Made by a program: the position numbers and the translations under genes. Shown in pieces: positions 1 through 12,634 of a stretch of 64,000 nucleotides of DNA. The stretch lies in NCBI GenBank assembly GCA_050613775.1, contig JBODTK010000144.1, positions 124,001 to 188,000 on the forward strand. The letters are read 5' to 3'. The notes beneath the pieces were generated by a model. That model was not told the DNA's origin. It searched no databases and was given only the letters and a program-made list of their open reading frames with translations. Every line of letters starts with the position of its first letter. Within the stretch, counting starts at the first letter, position 1. This DNA comes from Neocallimastix sp. 'constans'. Its lineage: Eukaryota.

Positions 1-128
1 AAATTAAATTATTAATTAATTACTATAATTTGGCATCTTGACCTAATCGTTAAGACCAAATTACCTAAAAACTTTGACAAACTAAGAAAATATAATTATT
101 TTGTTAAAAATAATTATAGATTCTTACA
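1..128 (-). mobile_element. Truncated LTR end of an element related to family E (continues left of the window)
   Basis: 80-128 (AACTAAGAAAATATAATTATTTTGTTAAAAATAATTATAGATTCTTACA) is identical to the E LTR terminus at 28890-28938 and 35047-35095; the sequence further left differs from E. Confidence 0.7.
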
Positions 129-134
129 CATAAC

Positions 135-732
135 TGATACAATACAGCTAGAAATACGCAAGAAAATTAACAAAAGAGAAAATCCTATAATAATATAGTG
201 AAAAATAATTACAATATATAATATACTAAATCATTATATAAATAGATTAAAAATTAATTAGACAGCCAATAATATTCAAGATAAAATTAATTAATAAATT
301 TAAAAGAAGAGAATGAAATAAAAGTAAAAGAGGGAGTTTTTCTTGTTGTTTTAAAAATTCTAATTGAGTAAAATAATAGTTTTAGAGAACTTATAGTTTA
401 GTTTAAATAATTAAGTAATTACTTATAGTTAAAGGATAAGAGTTGAATCCTACAATTATAAGTAAAATTATTATTAAGATATTAATATAAATTGAATTAT
501 TAGAGATAGATAAAAATCATTATATTCAGAGGAATATAAATATAATTGTAATAATTTATGTAAAATAAATAAATAAATAAAAACAAGATTTAAAAAGAAA
601 TAAATAAATTTTATTATTTGTGTAAATTATTATTTATTATCTTTGAGTTGGAATATATTATTTTACAAATTCCTTATTTGCTCGACCTCGTTATAAATAG
701 AAATCTGATACTTTATTACTTATATTGTATCA
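135..732. mobile_element. Solo LTR, family A (598 bp)
   Basis: TGATACAATA...TATTGTATCA termini; 4-bp TSD TAAC (131-134/733-736); near-identical reverse-complement copy at 12635-13232. Confidence 0.9.
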
Positions 733-737
733 TAACT

Positions 738-1319
738 TGATACGATTTATTTTTAATAATACCATAAATTAATATTTATTTTTTTATCCGAGACGAATAA
801 CAAAAGGGAATTTTACAAAATAATATTTTCTAATAAAAGTATAACTTTTCTATTATAAGTAATAAACAAAAATCCACCGTATAATAAATTAATTCTATTT
901 TATTAACAAAATGATAAAGCTCACAAAATATAATTTAAATAAATAAATCATAAATATAGATTTCACTTTATTTTTATTTAATAACTTTTATTTTTATTTT
1001 ATTTATTTTATTTTTTTTTTTATTTATTATTTATATATATATTTTTTTTTTTTTTATTTTCAATAATAATATCACAAATACAATATTCAATAATTAACTA
1101 AAACTACTCTTTTTTCTCAACTATTTTTTTTTTTTTTTTAGAATTCTCCTTTTATAATTTTTCTATTCTTTTTATTATTGGTTCTTCTTATTTTGGTTTA
1201 ATTAATAATTTAATTCTATAATATAACAGCAATTATTTAGTTAATAATTAAAATATTTTTTTTTTAATTATTAAGTCACCAATTTGATATTTTATAACAT
1301 ATATTCCTGTAACGTATTA
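738..1319. mobile_element. Probable solo LTR, family J
   Basis: Starts TGATACG and ends GTAACGTATTA (family B ends GTAACGTATCA); the right TSD is cut after AA by the next LTR at 1322. Confidence 0.6.
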
Positions 1320-1321
1320 AA

Positions 1322-1562
1322 TGTTATGGTTCATTGGGAAAAACAAAATTTTTATACACAAAGGATAAAGATTTAAAATATTTATTTACACAATAACAAT
1401 TTTATAATTTATTTATTTATTTAATTTTTAAAGTAATTACATTATTTATTAAACTAATTAAATTTTATTAGCTAAATTATTACTATTCCTAATATTAATA
1501 TTAATACTATTACTTATATTATTACTAATATTATTACTATTTTTATTTTATTATTATTATTA

Positions 1563-1609
<47 letters not shown>

Positions 1610-2907
1610 ATTTTGATTATTGTTTTGTGTTATTTTATTTATATCTTTAGAAGAAATTATTTTCTTCAGATATTTATATTCGATTTCATTTTTAAAGTTT
1701 AATATCTTGGAAATGAAAAAGAATTTAAGTATTTAATTAAAAGAATTATTAATTCATTCTTAATTAAATGTTAAATAAAATTATTAATAATATGTTTAAT
1801 ATAAATTCCATAAAGGAATAAAAAAAAATTATTATTTAAAAAGATATTATAAAGATTTTAATTAAATAATATCTGGAGTAAATAATTAAAAAGTTTTTAA
1901 TAAAATTTTTAATTAAAAGTTTACAAAAATATTAATTGAATTTGGTAAAAGATAATAAATTATTTAATGATAATTTATTTTAAGTTTAATAAAAATTAAT
2001 ATTAATTTATAATGTTATTGAAAGTTAATAATAATTAATTTGATAAAAATATAATAAAAATATAAAATAATTTTAATATAGATTCAATAAAGAATTTGTT
2101 AATATAAATTTTTGAAGAGTTTATATGTATTTTAATATTAATTTAATTAAGATTCAGTAATGATTTTATAAAAAATATTTTTATAAAAATTTTAATTAAT
2201 ATTATAATAATTTTAATTAATTTATAATATTATATAATAAAATTTTTAATTTAATTCAGGGAAGAATATAAGAAAGTTCCATTAGTAAAGAATATAAACT
2301 TAATTATGGTTAAGTTATGTCTAAACATAACAAAATAAGTAATTTATAGTCATTCTTTACCAAGATGCCCCGACGAAGACTCAAGCTATCATGAAGCTGA
2401 GTTATACTTTACTATATTCTTTAAATGAACATTTCTGTTCAATTGTACGCTTGAATTAGGATCTGCTAAAGTAACTGCATTAAATTGTTTCTTTATAACC
2501 TTCAAGGGACCTACAAAGTAAGGCTCCAACTTAGTTCTAGATAGATTTCTTACCAGAACCAAATCTCCAGGATTAATGCTTTTTCCTTTGTTCATACTAT
2601 TTTTCTCTTGTCTACGAATTGCCCAATATTTGTTGGCATTTTTGACATTTTCGGCAGCTTCTAATGTCCATCTATAATGATTAATAAATTTTTCAAGTAT
2701 TATTTCATCTGATGTTTTTCCTTTGGTATCTTTCGTTGGACGAGCTGCAATATCAAAGGGTTGCTGATCTTCACGACCATACACAAGTTCAAAGCTAGAA
2801 TATTTTGTTACATTGTTTTTAGTAGTACGTAAAGCCCATAAAGCGGAAGGGAGGATTTCATCCCAATCCTTATATTTAGTTCCTAGCAATCTCAATAATT
2901 TGTCTAT
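1322..2907 (-). mobile_element. Truncated Ty3/gypsy element G: 3' LTR 1322-2362, PPT and integrase C-terminus
   Basis: TGTTATGGTTC...CTTTACCA termini shared with solo LTR I; PPT-like CGGGGCATCT on the minus strand next to 2362; integrase ORF interrupted at 2907 by the F LTR. Confidence 0.85.
2389..2907 (-). pseudogene. Integrase C-terminal fragment of element G
   Basis: WDEILPSALWALRT...SFELVYGR...PYFVGPLKV is homologous to the end of the 4457-8491 pol; the ORF-track N-terminus is read from inserted LTR sequence. Confidence 0.9.
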
Positions 2908-3525
2908 TGTAACGAAACTCATAATGATACGCAACTTATAAAAAAGTCACTTTAGGGTCGGGACAAACAAGTTTTATTAATATAAAATAATATATTCTAA
3001 TAATAAGAATTAAATAACACACAAATAAAAAAAATAATTTAAACAAAGATAATAATATTATTTAATATTTTAGTATTTTATTATTTTCTCTGTTTTTATA
3101 TTTCAAATTAATAATTTCATATATTTATCTCTAAAATCTATTTTCTATATTTATTATTTATTATAAAATTTCTCTTTCTATTTTCTAATCTTAATTATAA
3201 AGTATAAATCCCTTATTTTAACTATTGAGTAATTCTTTTTCTCTAAGAATTCCCCTTTCTAATTATTTAATAATTGATCTTTTTATACTAAGTTTTCTCA
3301 ATTCCTATTGGTAGTTAATTATTATTTAATTATATTATTTAATTATATTAAAATATTTAATATTCTTTATCACTAATCCACATATTAATATTGTTATTTT
3401 CTAATTTTTTTTACAATTATTTTCTATTATTGTATGAGTAACGTATCAAAACGTCCCCACTTAGTTTAGACTTCGTCCCTTGAAGTCTCTGGTAATCAAC
3501 TATTTGTATTATTAACTATATATTT

Positions 3526-3573
<48 letters not shown>

Positions 3574-3727
3574 TTAATTATTATTAGTAGTATTACCTAA
3601 TTAAGTAAAATTAATAAAATTAAATAAAAACTTGTGCCAATTACTGTGCTTGATTTGAATACTAATTAAAACAAATATTACTAAAAAAAATTATTATTAT
3701 TGTTATTTTAATATATTAATATATTTT

Positions 3728-3769
<42 letters not shown>

Positions 3770-4372
3770 GTAAGTGCATTATAAAAACTTTATAAATATA
3801 TATGATTTACTTAAATACTAATTAATTTTATTATCATTATATATATGTTTTATATATATATATAGCCATATCTATATTTATTATTATTTACTATATTATT
3901 ATATTTGTTATTTATGTCGTTATATTTATTTATTATATTATTAAAAAAAAAGAATATCGGATAATGCTCTTTAGACAGAAAAATATATTCGTCAATTATT
4001 AATTCAAATAAAAGAATTTATAACCCAGTTCAATAACTATTTCAAGATATATCATTACTATATTGTTGTGTACATATGTGTTTACAATTTTATAAATTTT
4101 GTGAATTTCGAAATTGAATTTACTTTAAATTTGTAAATTTTTCAATTTAATTGTTATACTAGGTACGTAGTCGTTGTATTATTATGTGTGTAGATCATAT
4201 TTCATTATCAATTTTGATTATTTTTTTTTTTTTTTTTTTTTTTTTTGAGATAAAATTTATCAAATGTTAAATACTGAATAAAATAAATTTCAAAATTATA
4301 AGTTTTAAATTCAAATTTTGAAATTTCAATTTTGAGATTTTAAAGTTTCAAATTAATTTAATTATTATTATA

Positions 4373-4438
<66 letters not shown>

Positions 4439-4456
4439 GTATATATATATGTATCC

Positions 4457-7400
4457 TTATTCTTCTAAGTTCAATTCTGTAAAATATGGAATAATATTCT
4501 TTAAATGAATGTTCCTATCAGCAACTTCTCCAGTTACTGGATCACAAACTGTTACTGTATTGAACTCTTGTTTTACGATCTTTAATGGGCCTGTAAAAAA
4601 CGGATCCAGCTTCCTTCTATTGAACAATTTGACCAAAACAAGATCACCTGGCTTATACTTTGCTCTCATTCTTCTTATTTGTTTCCTACGATCTTCCCAC
4701 AACTTGTTTGCTGTTTCAATGTTCTTTATTGCTTCACGGATCCAACGGTCATGGTTAATAAATTTCCTCAGCCAAAATTCTTCTTCGTCTTCCCAGTCAT
4801 TTTTAGATTCGACATTAACAGTGAGTTCGAATGGTTGTAAGTCTCTCCGTCCATACAACAATTCAAAGCTGCTGTGTTTCGTAACTTCATTCTTGCACGT
4901 TCTTAAAGCCCAAAGAGCGCTATAAAGTGTTTCGTCCCACTGCGAATCCTCTTCGCCGAGTAACCTGAGATACTTACCTATTTCCCTATTTCTGTTTTCT
5001 ACTTCTCCATTAGACGAGGGGTGATAGGTTGCTACATAATTTACATAAATGTCGTTAAGGTCCAGAAATGCTTTTGTCTTATCGGAAGTAAACTGTGGAC
5101 CATTGTCAGTAACTAAAATTTCAGGAACACCATGTCGTGCAAATATTTTCTTGAGAAAATTTATTACATCTTGAGATTCGGCAGATTGTAAGGGTTCTGC
5201 TTCCACCCATTTGGTAAGATAATCTACTAATACAATTATATATCTATTACCTTTATTTGTTATAGGTAATGGTCCTATTAGATCCAACCCAACTCTTGAG
5301 AAAGGATATTCAGGTACAGTTGCGATATTTTCGGTATATTTATTTAATTTTTGTGGTCGACAAGTTTGACACTTGTGACAACATTTTATTAATATTTGTA
5401 TATCTTTTTTCATATTTCCCCAGTAGTAATCCCTCTTCAGTCTGTTATAAGTTTTGTAAACTCCTTCATGGCCTAAACCATGGGCTTCTTCGATTAATTT
5501 TTGCTTCTCTTCTTTGTTGTGAACTATTCTTCTCAGTTGTTCTCCTTGTTTAAGATATTCCACCCCATCAATTTTAAATATTCTTTTTTTTATATACTCA
5601 TTCATTAAATTATTTATACTATTGGTACTAGAAATATTATTATTAATATTAGCATCAGTAACATTATTGATACTATTATTGATTATATTTATAGTTTCAA
5701 AACTTGTGGGAATTCTCGATAGTGCGTCTGCTAGGACATTCTTCCTCCCCTCTTGATATTGGATATTAAGGTTTAACGAAGAAATCATACTAACCCACTT
5801 AAGGTGTCTATGGTTTGTTGGTTCTCTGTTATGGAGTATACCAATAAGAGGTTTGTGGTCAGTATATACAATTGTGGTAAATGGACTACTAGTTATAAAT
5901 GCTTTAAATTTTTGTACGCAATAATACACTGCTGTTCCTTCAAGATCAGTAACACTGTAATTTAATTCAGCAGGCTTGAGAGTACGACTTTCAAAATATA
6001 TAGGAACCTCTATATTTTGGTCTGACATTTGTAAAAGGACTCCTCCTACTCCATCCAAGGAAGCATCGGTTCGTATAATAAAAGGTTTGGAGAAATCTGG
6101 GGAAGAAAGAATGGGGGCTGTAATTAGTTTTTCCTTTAAGGATTCAAATGCAATAGTACAATTGTTGTTCCAGACAAAAGGTACGTCCTTTTTTAAAAGA
6201 TTATATAAAGGTTTTGATATCATTGAAAAATTTTTTATAAATTTTCTATAATACCCGACAGCACCCAAAAAGGATTTTAATTGTGTAATAGTTTTAGGAG
6301 GGGTCCAGTTAGCTATAATTTTAACTTTTTCAGGGATTGGTGAGAGACCATTAACAGACAGACGGTGACCCAAAATGGTAACTTCAGTTTTAAAGAAATC
6401 ACATTTTTCTAAATTAATTTTTAAATTATTTTCTTGTAATATAGTAAATACTTTAGATAAGTGTTCTAAATGTGATTCCATCGAGTGGGAAAAAATTATC
6501 AAATCGTCAATATAAACAAAAAGGCAGACACCAATTAAATCAAAAAAAATTCGGTTCATCTCCCTCTGAAAGGTTGCTGGTGCATTGCACAGACCAAACG
6601 GCATAACCTTGAAGTTGAAGTTTCCGAACATGGTAGTAAACGCTGTCTTGTCCTTGTCTTCCGTGGCCATTGGAATTTGGTGGTAGCCCGAGAATAAATC
6701 AATAGTGGATAAAATTTTAGCATTCCCAATAAAGGTCAAAATATCATCAATTAAAGGTAATGCATAGGAATCTTTGATTGTCAGGTTATTTAATTTACGA
6801 TAATCGACACATAACCTCCAATCTCCATTTTTTTTTAATACCAAAACAATCGGTGAGGACCAAGGTGAGTAGGATGGTTCAATTAAATTACTATTTATTA
6901 ATTTTATTAATTGGTTTTTTAAAGCTTTTATTTGTGCCTTAGATAATCTATATGCTTTTTGTTTTATGGGTTTAGCACCATTTACTAGTACAATCCGATG
7001 AGGTAGCAATTTAGAATGTCCCAAGTCGTCAGTCTTTAGTGCAAGCACGTTCTCATAGGTAGTAAAAAGATTTCTTGCCTTAATTTTGTCTTCATTATTC
7101 AATTCATTAATAATCCTATTAATAATTTCATTTTTATTTTCTTTAATATCCGTAGATATTTCTCTTTCCTTTTGTATAGTTATGGTAAGTAATAATGATT
7201 CAGATCTTTGTTGGTTTTCTTCTTTTTGTTTGTCTTCTTCTTTTTGTTCGTCTTCTTCCAAAGGAGCAAAAGTGTTATTAAAATTCAGGTCATAAAAAAG
7301 GTCAGCTAATTTGTGTGAAGTATAGTCATTATCAATATAATATAATGTATCGTTTACCAAATTAATGTCAAATCTATTTTTTTTTAGGGAATCGACTCCT

Positions 7401-8563
7401 ATTAGAATATCAAAGATGTCGTCCTTTTCTATTACCCGGAAATGATCTTTAAACGTACGAGTTCCAATGGTAACTTCTAACTGGTAAATTTCAGATTCAA
7501 TTGAGGAATTAGAGTAAGCTTGGAAAATAGTTTCCTCAATTTTTCCTATGGCTTGTTTGGTAATTTGGAATTTTTTTAATGCTGATCTTGTGATAGCATT
7601 CACACTAGCACAAGTATCTAAAAATATTTCACAATTAACACCTTCTATTTTTCCTAATATTTTTATTATTTTAAATTTATTCACTAACGTCAATACATTA
7701 TTTAAGGAACTTTTAGGTGTTAATTTTAAAGATTTATTGAAATGAGCTCTAAGTTTCGGAAAGAGATCCAATAAGTACCCTAATTTAGTAACAACTTCTG
7801 TGGAGGCTATTTCTTTAACGAGATCCTGAAGAAGGTAATCATCTAGATATTCCATTAATTTGATATGACGCTCTTTTGTATTTGGATTTATAATATCAGT
7901 AGATGTTTCTTCTTTTGTCATTGAATTATTAGTTTTAATATTCTCTTTAATTTCTTCTAATTTCTTCCTTTTTCCAGCCTTTTTTACATTTCTAATGTTT
8001 TTCCCGGCAATAAAGGATGGATCCAAGAACTCTAATTTTTCGGTGGTAGGATTAGCAGGTATTTTAACTATATTACTATTGTTACTTTTATATTTCTTTG
8101 ATTCTTCATTAATTTTCTTATCATTGGTATTTACAGGAATTTCCTTTTCTTCTGAAAGACTCATGTCTTCTTCAGCCTTTTCGACATTATCACTTGCATT
8201 CTTTGAAAGAGGACTCTCTTCCATAATGTTCATTTCTTCTGGCTGGATGTTCTGAGGTTGTTCATCCAATTTATTATTATGGTTCATTGCTGTGGTACTA
8301 AATGCGACTGGCTGGCTTTTTAATGATTCATGTGACTTCTTCTTATTGTAGGGTGTGTCTTTAATATTTTTTGTTTTGGATTTTCTGACGGCCGCTGCAA
8401 TAACTTCTGGTGAGTCATTTTGTGTTACCATAATTTTATTGTTATTATTGTTATACAAATTATTATTATTCACATTTTCAACTGTATACAAATTTGGTAA
8501 TGTAACAGGGCCTTGATTGGTTTGTTTAATGGAAGTTATCCTTCTCCCATTTAGTGGTTTAAA
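4457..8563 (-). CDS. pol: Element B Pol (protease-RT-RNase H-integrase), expressed by -1 frameshift from gag
   Basis: FLDTCAS protease, YIDD RT, TDAS RNase H, HHCC plus D,D35E integrase; the frame is open back to the TTTAAAC slippery site. Confidence 0.92.
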   Translation of the reverse strand, partial: FKPLNGRRITSIKQTNQGPVTLPNLYTVENVNNNNLYNNNNNKIMVTQNDSPEVIAAAVRKSKTKNIKDTPYNKKKSHESLKSQPVAFSTTAMNHNNKLDEQPQNIQPEEMNIMEESPLSKNASDNVEKAEEDMSLSEEKEIPVNTNDKKINEESKKYKSNNSNIVKIPANPTTEKLEFLDPSFIAGKNIRNVKKAGKRKKLEEIKENIKTNNSMTKEETSTDIINPNTKERHIKLMEYLDDYLLQDLVKEIASTEVVTKLGYLLDLFPKLRAHFNKSLKLTPKSSLNNVLTLVNKFKIIKILGKIEGVNCEIFLDTCASVNAITRSALKKFQITKQAIGKIEETIFQAYSNSSIESEIYQLEVTIGTRTFKDHFRVIEKDDIFDILIGVDSLKKNRFDINLVNDTLYYIDNDYTSHKLADLFYDLNFNNTFAPLEEDEQKEEDKQKEENQQRSESLLLTITIQKEREISTDIKENKNEIINRIINELNNEDKIKARNLFTTYENVLALKTDDLGHSKLLPHRIVLVNGAKPIKQKAYRLSKAQIKALKNQLIKLINSNLIEPSYSPWSSPIVLVLKKNGDWRLCVDYRKLNNLTIKDSYALPLIDDILTFIGNAKILSTIDLFSGYHQIPMATEDKDKTAFTTMFGNFNFKVMPFGLCNAPATFQREMNRIFFDLIGVCLFVYIDDLIIFSHSMESHLEHLSKVFTILQENNLKINLEKCDFFKTEVTILGHRLSVNGLSPIPEKVKIIANWTPPKTITQLKSFLGAVGYYRKFIKNFSMISKPLYNLLKKDVPFVWNNNCTIAFESLKEKLITAPILSSPDFSKPFIIRTDASLDGVGGVLLQMSDQNIEVPIYFESRTLKPAELNYSVTDLEGTAVYYCVQKFKAFITSSPFTTIVYTDHKPLIGILHNREPTNHRHLKWVSMISSLNLNIQYQEGRKNVLADALSRIPTSFETINIINNSINNVTDANINNNISSTNSINNLMNEYIKKRIFKIDGVEYLKQGEQLRRIVHNKEEKQKLIEEAHGLGHEGVYKTYNRLKRDYYWGNMKKDIQILIKCCHKCQTCRPQKLNKYTENIATVPEYPFSRVGLDLIGPLPITNKGNRYIIVLVDYLTKWVEAEPLQSAESQDVINFLKKIFARHGVPEILVTDNGPQFTSDKTKAFLDLNDIYVNYVATYHPSSNGEVENRNREIGKYLRLLGEEDSQWDETLYSALWALRTCKNEVTKHSSFELLYGRRDLQPFELTVNVESKNDWEDEEEFWLRKFINHDRWIREAIKNIETANKLWEDRRKQIRRMRAKYKPGDLVLVKLFNRRKLDPFFTGPLKIVKQEFNTVTVCDPVTGEVADRNIHLKNIIPYFTELNLEE

Positions 8564-9690
8564 GGTTTTTGTAATAACCCCTTTTCTTCCATCTCAGCCA
8601 ATTGTTTGAAAGTATATGGACAATCCGAAACTTTGTGTCCAGATTGGTTACATCTATAACAGGTATTATAAGTATTTAATTTATTTTTAAAAAATGTATT
8701 ATTATAATTTCTTGACTCTGTGCTACCAATATTTCCCATTAAAGATGTCGTGGCAATAACATTATTATTAACTACTCCATTATTTTTATTGGTTGAATTT
8801 TCCATTCTTGGATTCAGATTGTTGAGATTTTCATTTTGAATTCTATTATTATTGTTTCCCACATTGTTTATACTGTTGTATTTGCGATTATTGTAGAATG
8901 AATAGGTATTATTATAATGTTTATTTCCATTAAATTGATTATTACTAGTATAACTTCTATTCATGTCACTTCTTCTAGTATGTCCAAAATAGTTGTGGTA
9001 TGAATTAGCGTGATTCTGCTGATAAGAAAGAGTTCTTTTATTGATATCATTATCGAGATGTGATTGACCAAAAAGAAATTCTTCGTAAAATGGATGGGAT
9101 AGCAAGCCTCCTTCATGTTGTATAGTCATAATATTATTTCCTTTATAGTTATTCCTTTTCTTTGGTAAAATTTCCTTCTCAGCTTCTTCCGCAACTTCGG
9201 CAACTTTGTAGGCTTCGCTCATAATTTCACATTTAGCAATCATTACTTGAGAGCAAGGAAACACTCTTGATTTAATCGAATTCGTATAATCTTTAATGGT
9301 AATTAGCCTTTGATATTCTAAGCTCAATTTTTTATATAACTTTTTATGTCTATAATTAAATTTCTTTATGGTTTCTCGATTATCAATTTCTAGATTCTTT
9401 AGAATAGAACATTTATCCGCTTCAGTAATGTTTAAGTATTCTTCTACTGCGGTTTGAATTTGCTTAAATGATGGATACCTTATTTCATTTCCAATTTTTA
9501 TCTTCAAAGTGTTTAAGGTTCCATGTAGATCTTCTTCAGTAGCAGCTTTTACCCAAACAAAGACCCTTCTTGGCTCTATTACATCATAGAGTTCTAGAGT
9601 TCTCGCAAGATCACTTATTCAACTATCAACATCTTTTCCATAGTTGGAAAGCATTGGAAGTACCCTCTGCAATTTGGCTGCGTCTAACAT
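8551..9690 (-). pseudogene. gag: Element B Gag with CCHC zinc knuckle; premature TGA at codon 24
   Basis: ATG at 9690 (MLDAAKLQRVLP...) is in frame with the 318-aa ORF; TGA at 9621-9619 is probably a former TGG; CYRCNQSGHKVSDC. Confidence 0.85.
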
Positions 9691-9994
9691 TTTATTTTTT
9701 TTTTTTTTTTTTTTTTTGTAATAAAAAAAAATTATAAGATTAAAAAAAATTATTTATAAGATTGATAATAATGTAAAAAAAGAAAGATAATAAAATAAAC
9801 TATAAAAGAGGTAAAAATAAAAAGATAAAATAAAATAAATGAAAAAAATGAAGGAAAGTATTTAGATAGAAATAATATATTTTTTTTTTTTTTTTTTTAA
9901 AAAAATAAAAATGTAAAATAAATTCTCATTTAACTAAATTTATCAAGCTGTTATTAATTCTTAATTATTATTTTCATACTATTTTATCTTGTCC

Positions 9995-10011
9995 GCCCGG
10001 ATTCTCCACCA
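9995..10011 (-). promoter_or_regulatory. Primer-binding site of B (tRNA-Ala type)
   Basis: TGGTGGAGAATCCGGGC on the minus strand, 4 nt inside the 5' LTR; complementary to a ...TCTCCACCA tRNA end. Confidence 0.8.
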
Positions 10012-10529
10012 ATTTTGATACGCAACTTATAAAAAAGTCACTTTAGGGTCGGGACAAACAAGTTTTATTAATATAAAATAATATATTCTAATAATAAGAA
10101 TTAAATAACACACAAATAAAAAAAATAATTTAAACAAAGATAATAATATTATTTAATATTTTAGTATTTTATTATTTTCTCTGTTTTTATATTTCAAATT
10201 AATAATTTCATATATTTATCTCTAAAATCTATTTTCTATATTTATTATTTATTATAAAATTTCTCTTTCTATTTTCTAATCTTAATTATAAAGTATAAAT
10301 CCCTTATTTTAACTATTGAGTAATTCTTTTTCTCTAAGAATTCCCCTTTCTAATTATTTAATAATTGATCTTTTTATACTAAGTTTTCTCAATTCCTATT
10401 GGTAGTTAATTATTATTTAATTATATTATTTAATTATATTAAAATATTTAATATTCTTTATCACTAATCCACATATTAATATTGTTATTTTCTAATTTTT
10501 TTTACAATTATTTTCTATTATTGTATGAG

Positions 10530-11404
10530 TGTAAAATATTTAATAATTTGAAGACGTATTTAAATGTAATGTAATGTAAATTATTGTGGATAAAAATGTT
10601 TTCCAAATTTTTAATATAAATTTAAATGTATTCCAAATTATTAATTTAAATAATTTTCTCAAAAATTTATGACTAAATTATTTGGAGAATTTACGTAACA
10701 ATTACTCAGTTGAATCACGAAACTTCATAAATTAAAAAATAATTAGTCATTAATTAGTTAAATTAAAATAATTAAAGGAATATTGCCTTTTCCGTTTGTT
10801 TACAAAAACTTGCCGTTTTGTTTATTTATTTTTAGAAATATTAGATAGTTTTAAATAGTTTTTATATTAAAATAACTCATAAAAATTCATGTAATTTATT
10901 ATTAAATGTAATTACAAATATATAATAATATTTTAGTTAGTTTATTACAATCTATTCAATTTAAATTTTAATTTTCAAAAAGTATAAAAAGAGTTAATTT
11001 TCAACTATTGAACGATAGTTGGAAAATAGTATAGAAAATAGTATAGTTTAGTTAGAAAATAGAATAGTATAGGAAATATTATAGATAAGATAGATAGTAC
11101 AAATTTTATATTTTATTAATTAGTATTATAACTATTATTAGAATAGTTATCTTTTATAAAACAAATTTTATTTTAAATTTTATTTTAAAATCTTAACTGC
11201 TAGTAGGCTTTCCGGTAAAGGACCCTGCGTTACCCAGTTAAGTGGTTGTTGAAAATTAGTTAATAAATAAAATAAATAAATAAAAGAAATTAAAAAAGAA
11301 AATAATTAATTAAATAATAGAGGTTTAAGATATAGTGTTATTAGTGTAGTAAAGTTAGTTTAGAATAGCCACAAACCTAGACTTGATAAGTATTTTATTT
11401 TACA
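10530..11404 (+). mobile_element. Solo LTR, family C (875 bp), inside the B 5' LTR
   Basis: Reverse complement of 17588-18462; 5-bp TSD ATGAG (10525-10529/11405-11409). Confidence 0.95.
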
Positions 11405-11423
11405 ATGAGTAACGTATCAATAA

Positions 11424-12630
11424 TGATACGATATTTTATTTGTGTATCTAAATTAATATTTATTTATGGGCAATGACAATAAGGAATTATGACAAAATAA
11501 TATATTCTAATATTAAATAGAAATAACACATACAATAATACAAAATAAAGTAATAAATATATCTTTTTAATGTACTCTTTATTTATTATTAATTATTAAT
11601 TATTACATCAATTATTATTATTACTCTCTTACATAAATATTATAATTAATTATCTCAAATATACATAATATCTCTTTTTAACTATACTAAAATAAAATAT
11701 AAAAATAGCTATTTATGTGAATTAATTTATCATAAGTATATACTTATAAATAAAAGAATTCTCCGTTTAATAATTATTATTCTAAAATTATATATATTAT
11801 TCTAAAATTATTATTGACCAATAATATTTAAGTATTTCTTTAACTGTTAAAATTAAGATATAAAATAGTTTTATGATTAATAACGTTACTAGGTTAATAT
11901 GTTGAATTATATATTAATAATCCAACAATAATTAATTAATAATAATATAAAAATAATATAAGATAAATAGTTAAGTTATTTAAACACTTAATATCTAAGA
12001 ATATTTTAAATAATAATTTCTTTGAAGGATTTATGAAAATATTTATTTATTGAATTATTAGTATATAATTATTGTAAGTACAATAACCTTACAAAGAACA
12101 TAAAAGATAGATTTTTACATCTTTCTTTTATACTTTGTAAGTTACATAATAATAATATTTAATTATAAGATATTAATAATATAGTAATATGAATATTAAT
12201 AAAATATTAAGATAATAACAATATCGATATGTTTAAAATATTTAATATAACTAAATAAATTTAATTTATAATTATATAATTAATTTGAATAATTAAAAAT
12301 AGTAGTTAATATATATGATGTAAACATATATATAAACATAATATAAATAAATACATGTGACGTCATATGTAGATAATTGAAATTATTAATATAAATCTTA
12401 TTTACTAATATTCTCAGAATTATTAGGCCTAAGATAATTCCTTAAATATTAAATAAGAATTTATATTAATTATTAATTATTTAAATATATATATTATTTA
12501 TAATTAAATAAATAATATTTGTTAACTATTGAAATGTAAATAACTGAAATTGAGATTTCAATTCAGTTATAATTTCAACATTAACCTAAAGAATCTACCT
12601 AAATACCATTTTTATAGTGGTCACGTATCA
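11424..12630. mobile_element. Solo LTR, family H (1207 bp)
   Basis: TGATACG...CGTATCA inverted termini; TSD ATAA on both sides; no ORFs. Confidence 0.85.
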
Positions 12631-12634
12631 ATAA

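Larger units (their letters stand above)
2925..11419 (-). mobile_element. Full-length Ty3/gypsy element B (LTRs 2925-3448 and 10016-11419, the latter interrupted by solo LTR C)
   Basis: 524-bp LTRs TGATACG...CGTATCA; TSD ATAA (2921-2924/11420-11423); tRNA-Ala-type PBS; gag and pol ORFs. Confidence 0.95.

Noticed and set aside
4509..8255. Plus-strand ORFs antisense to B pol (and similar ones within C and E)
   Set aside because: Shadow ORFs of the coding strand with no recognisable motifs.
11405..11412. AP-1/Yap-like ATGAGTAA (ACTCAT shared by B and F LTR ends) as the targeting signal
   Set aside because: Cut positions relative to the motif differ between sites, whereas distance to the A box explains them consistently.
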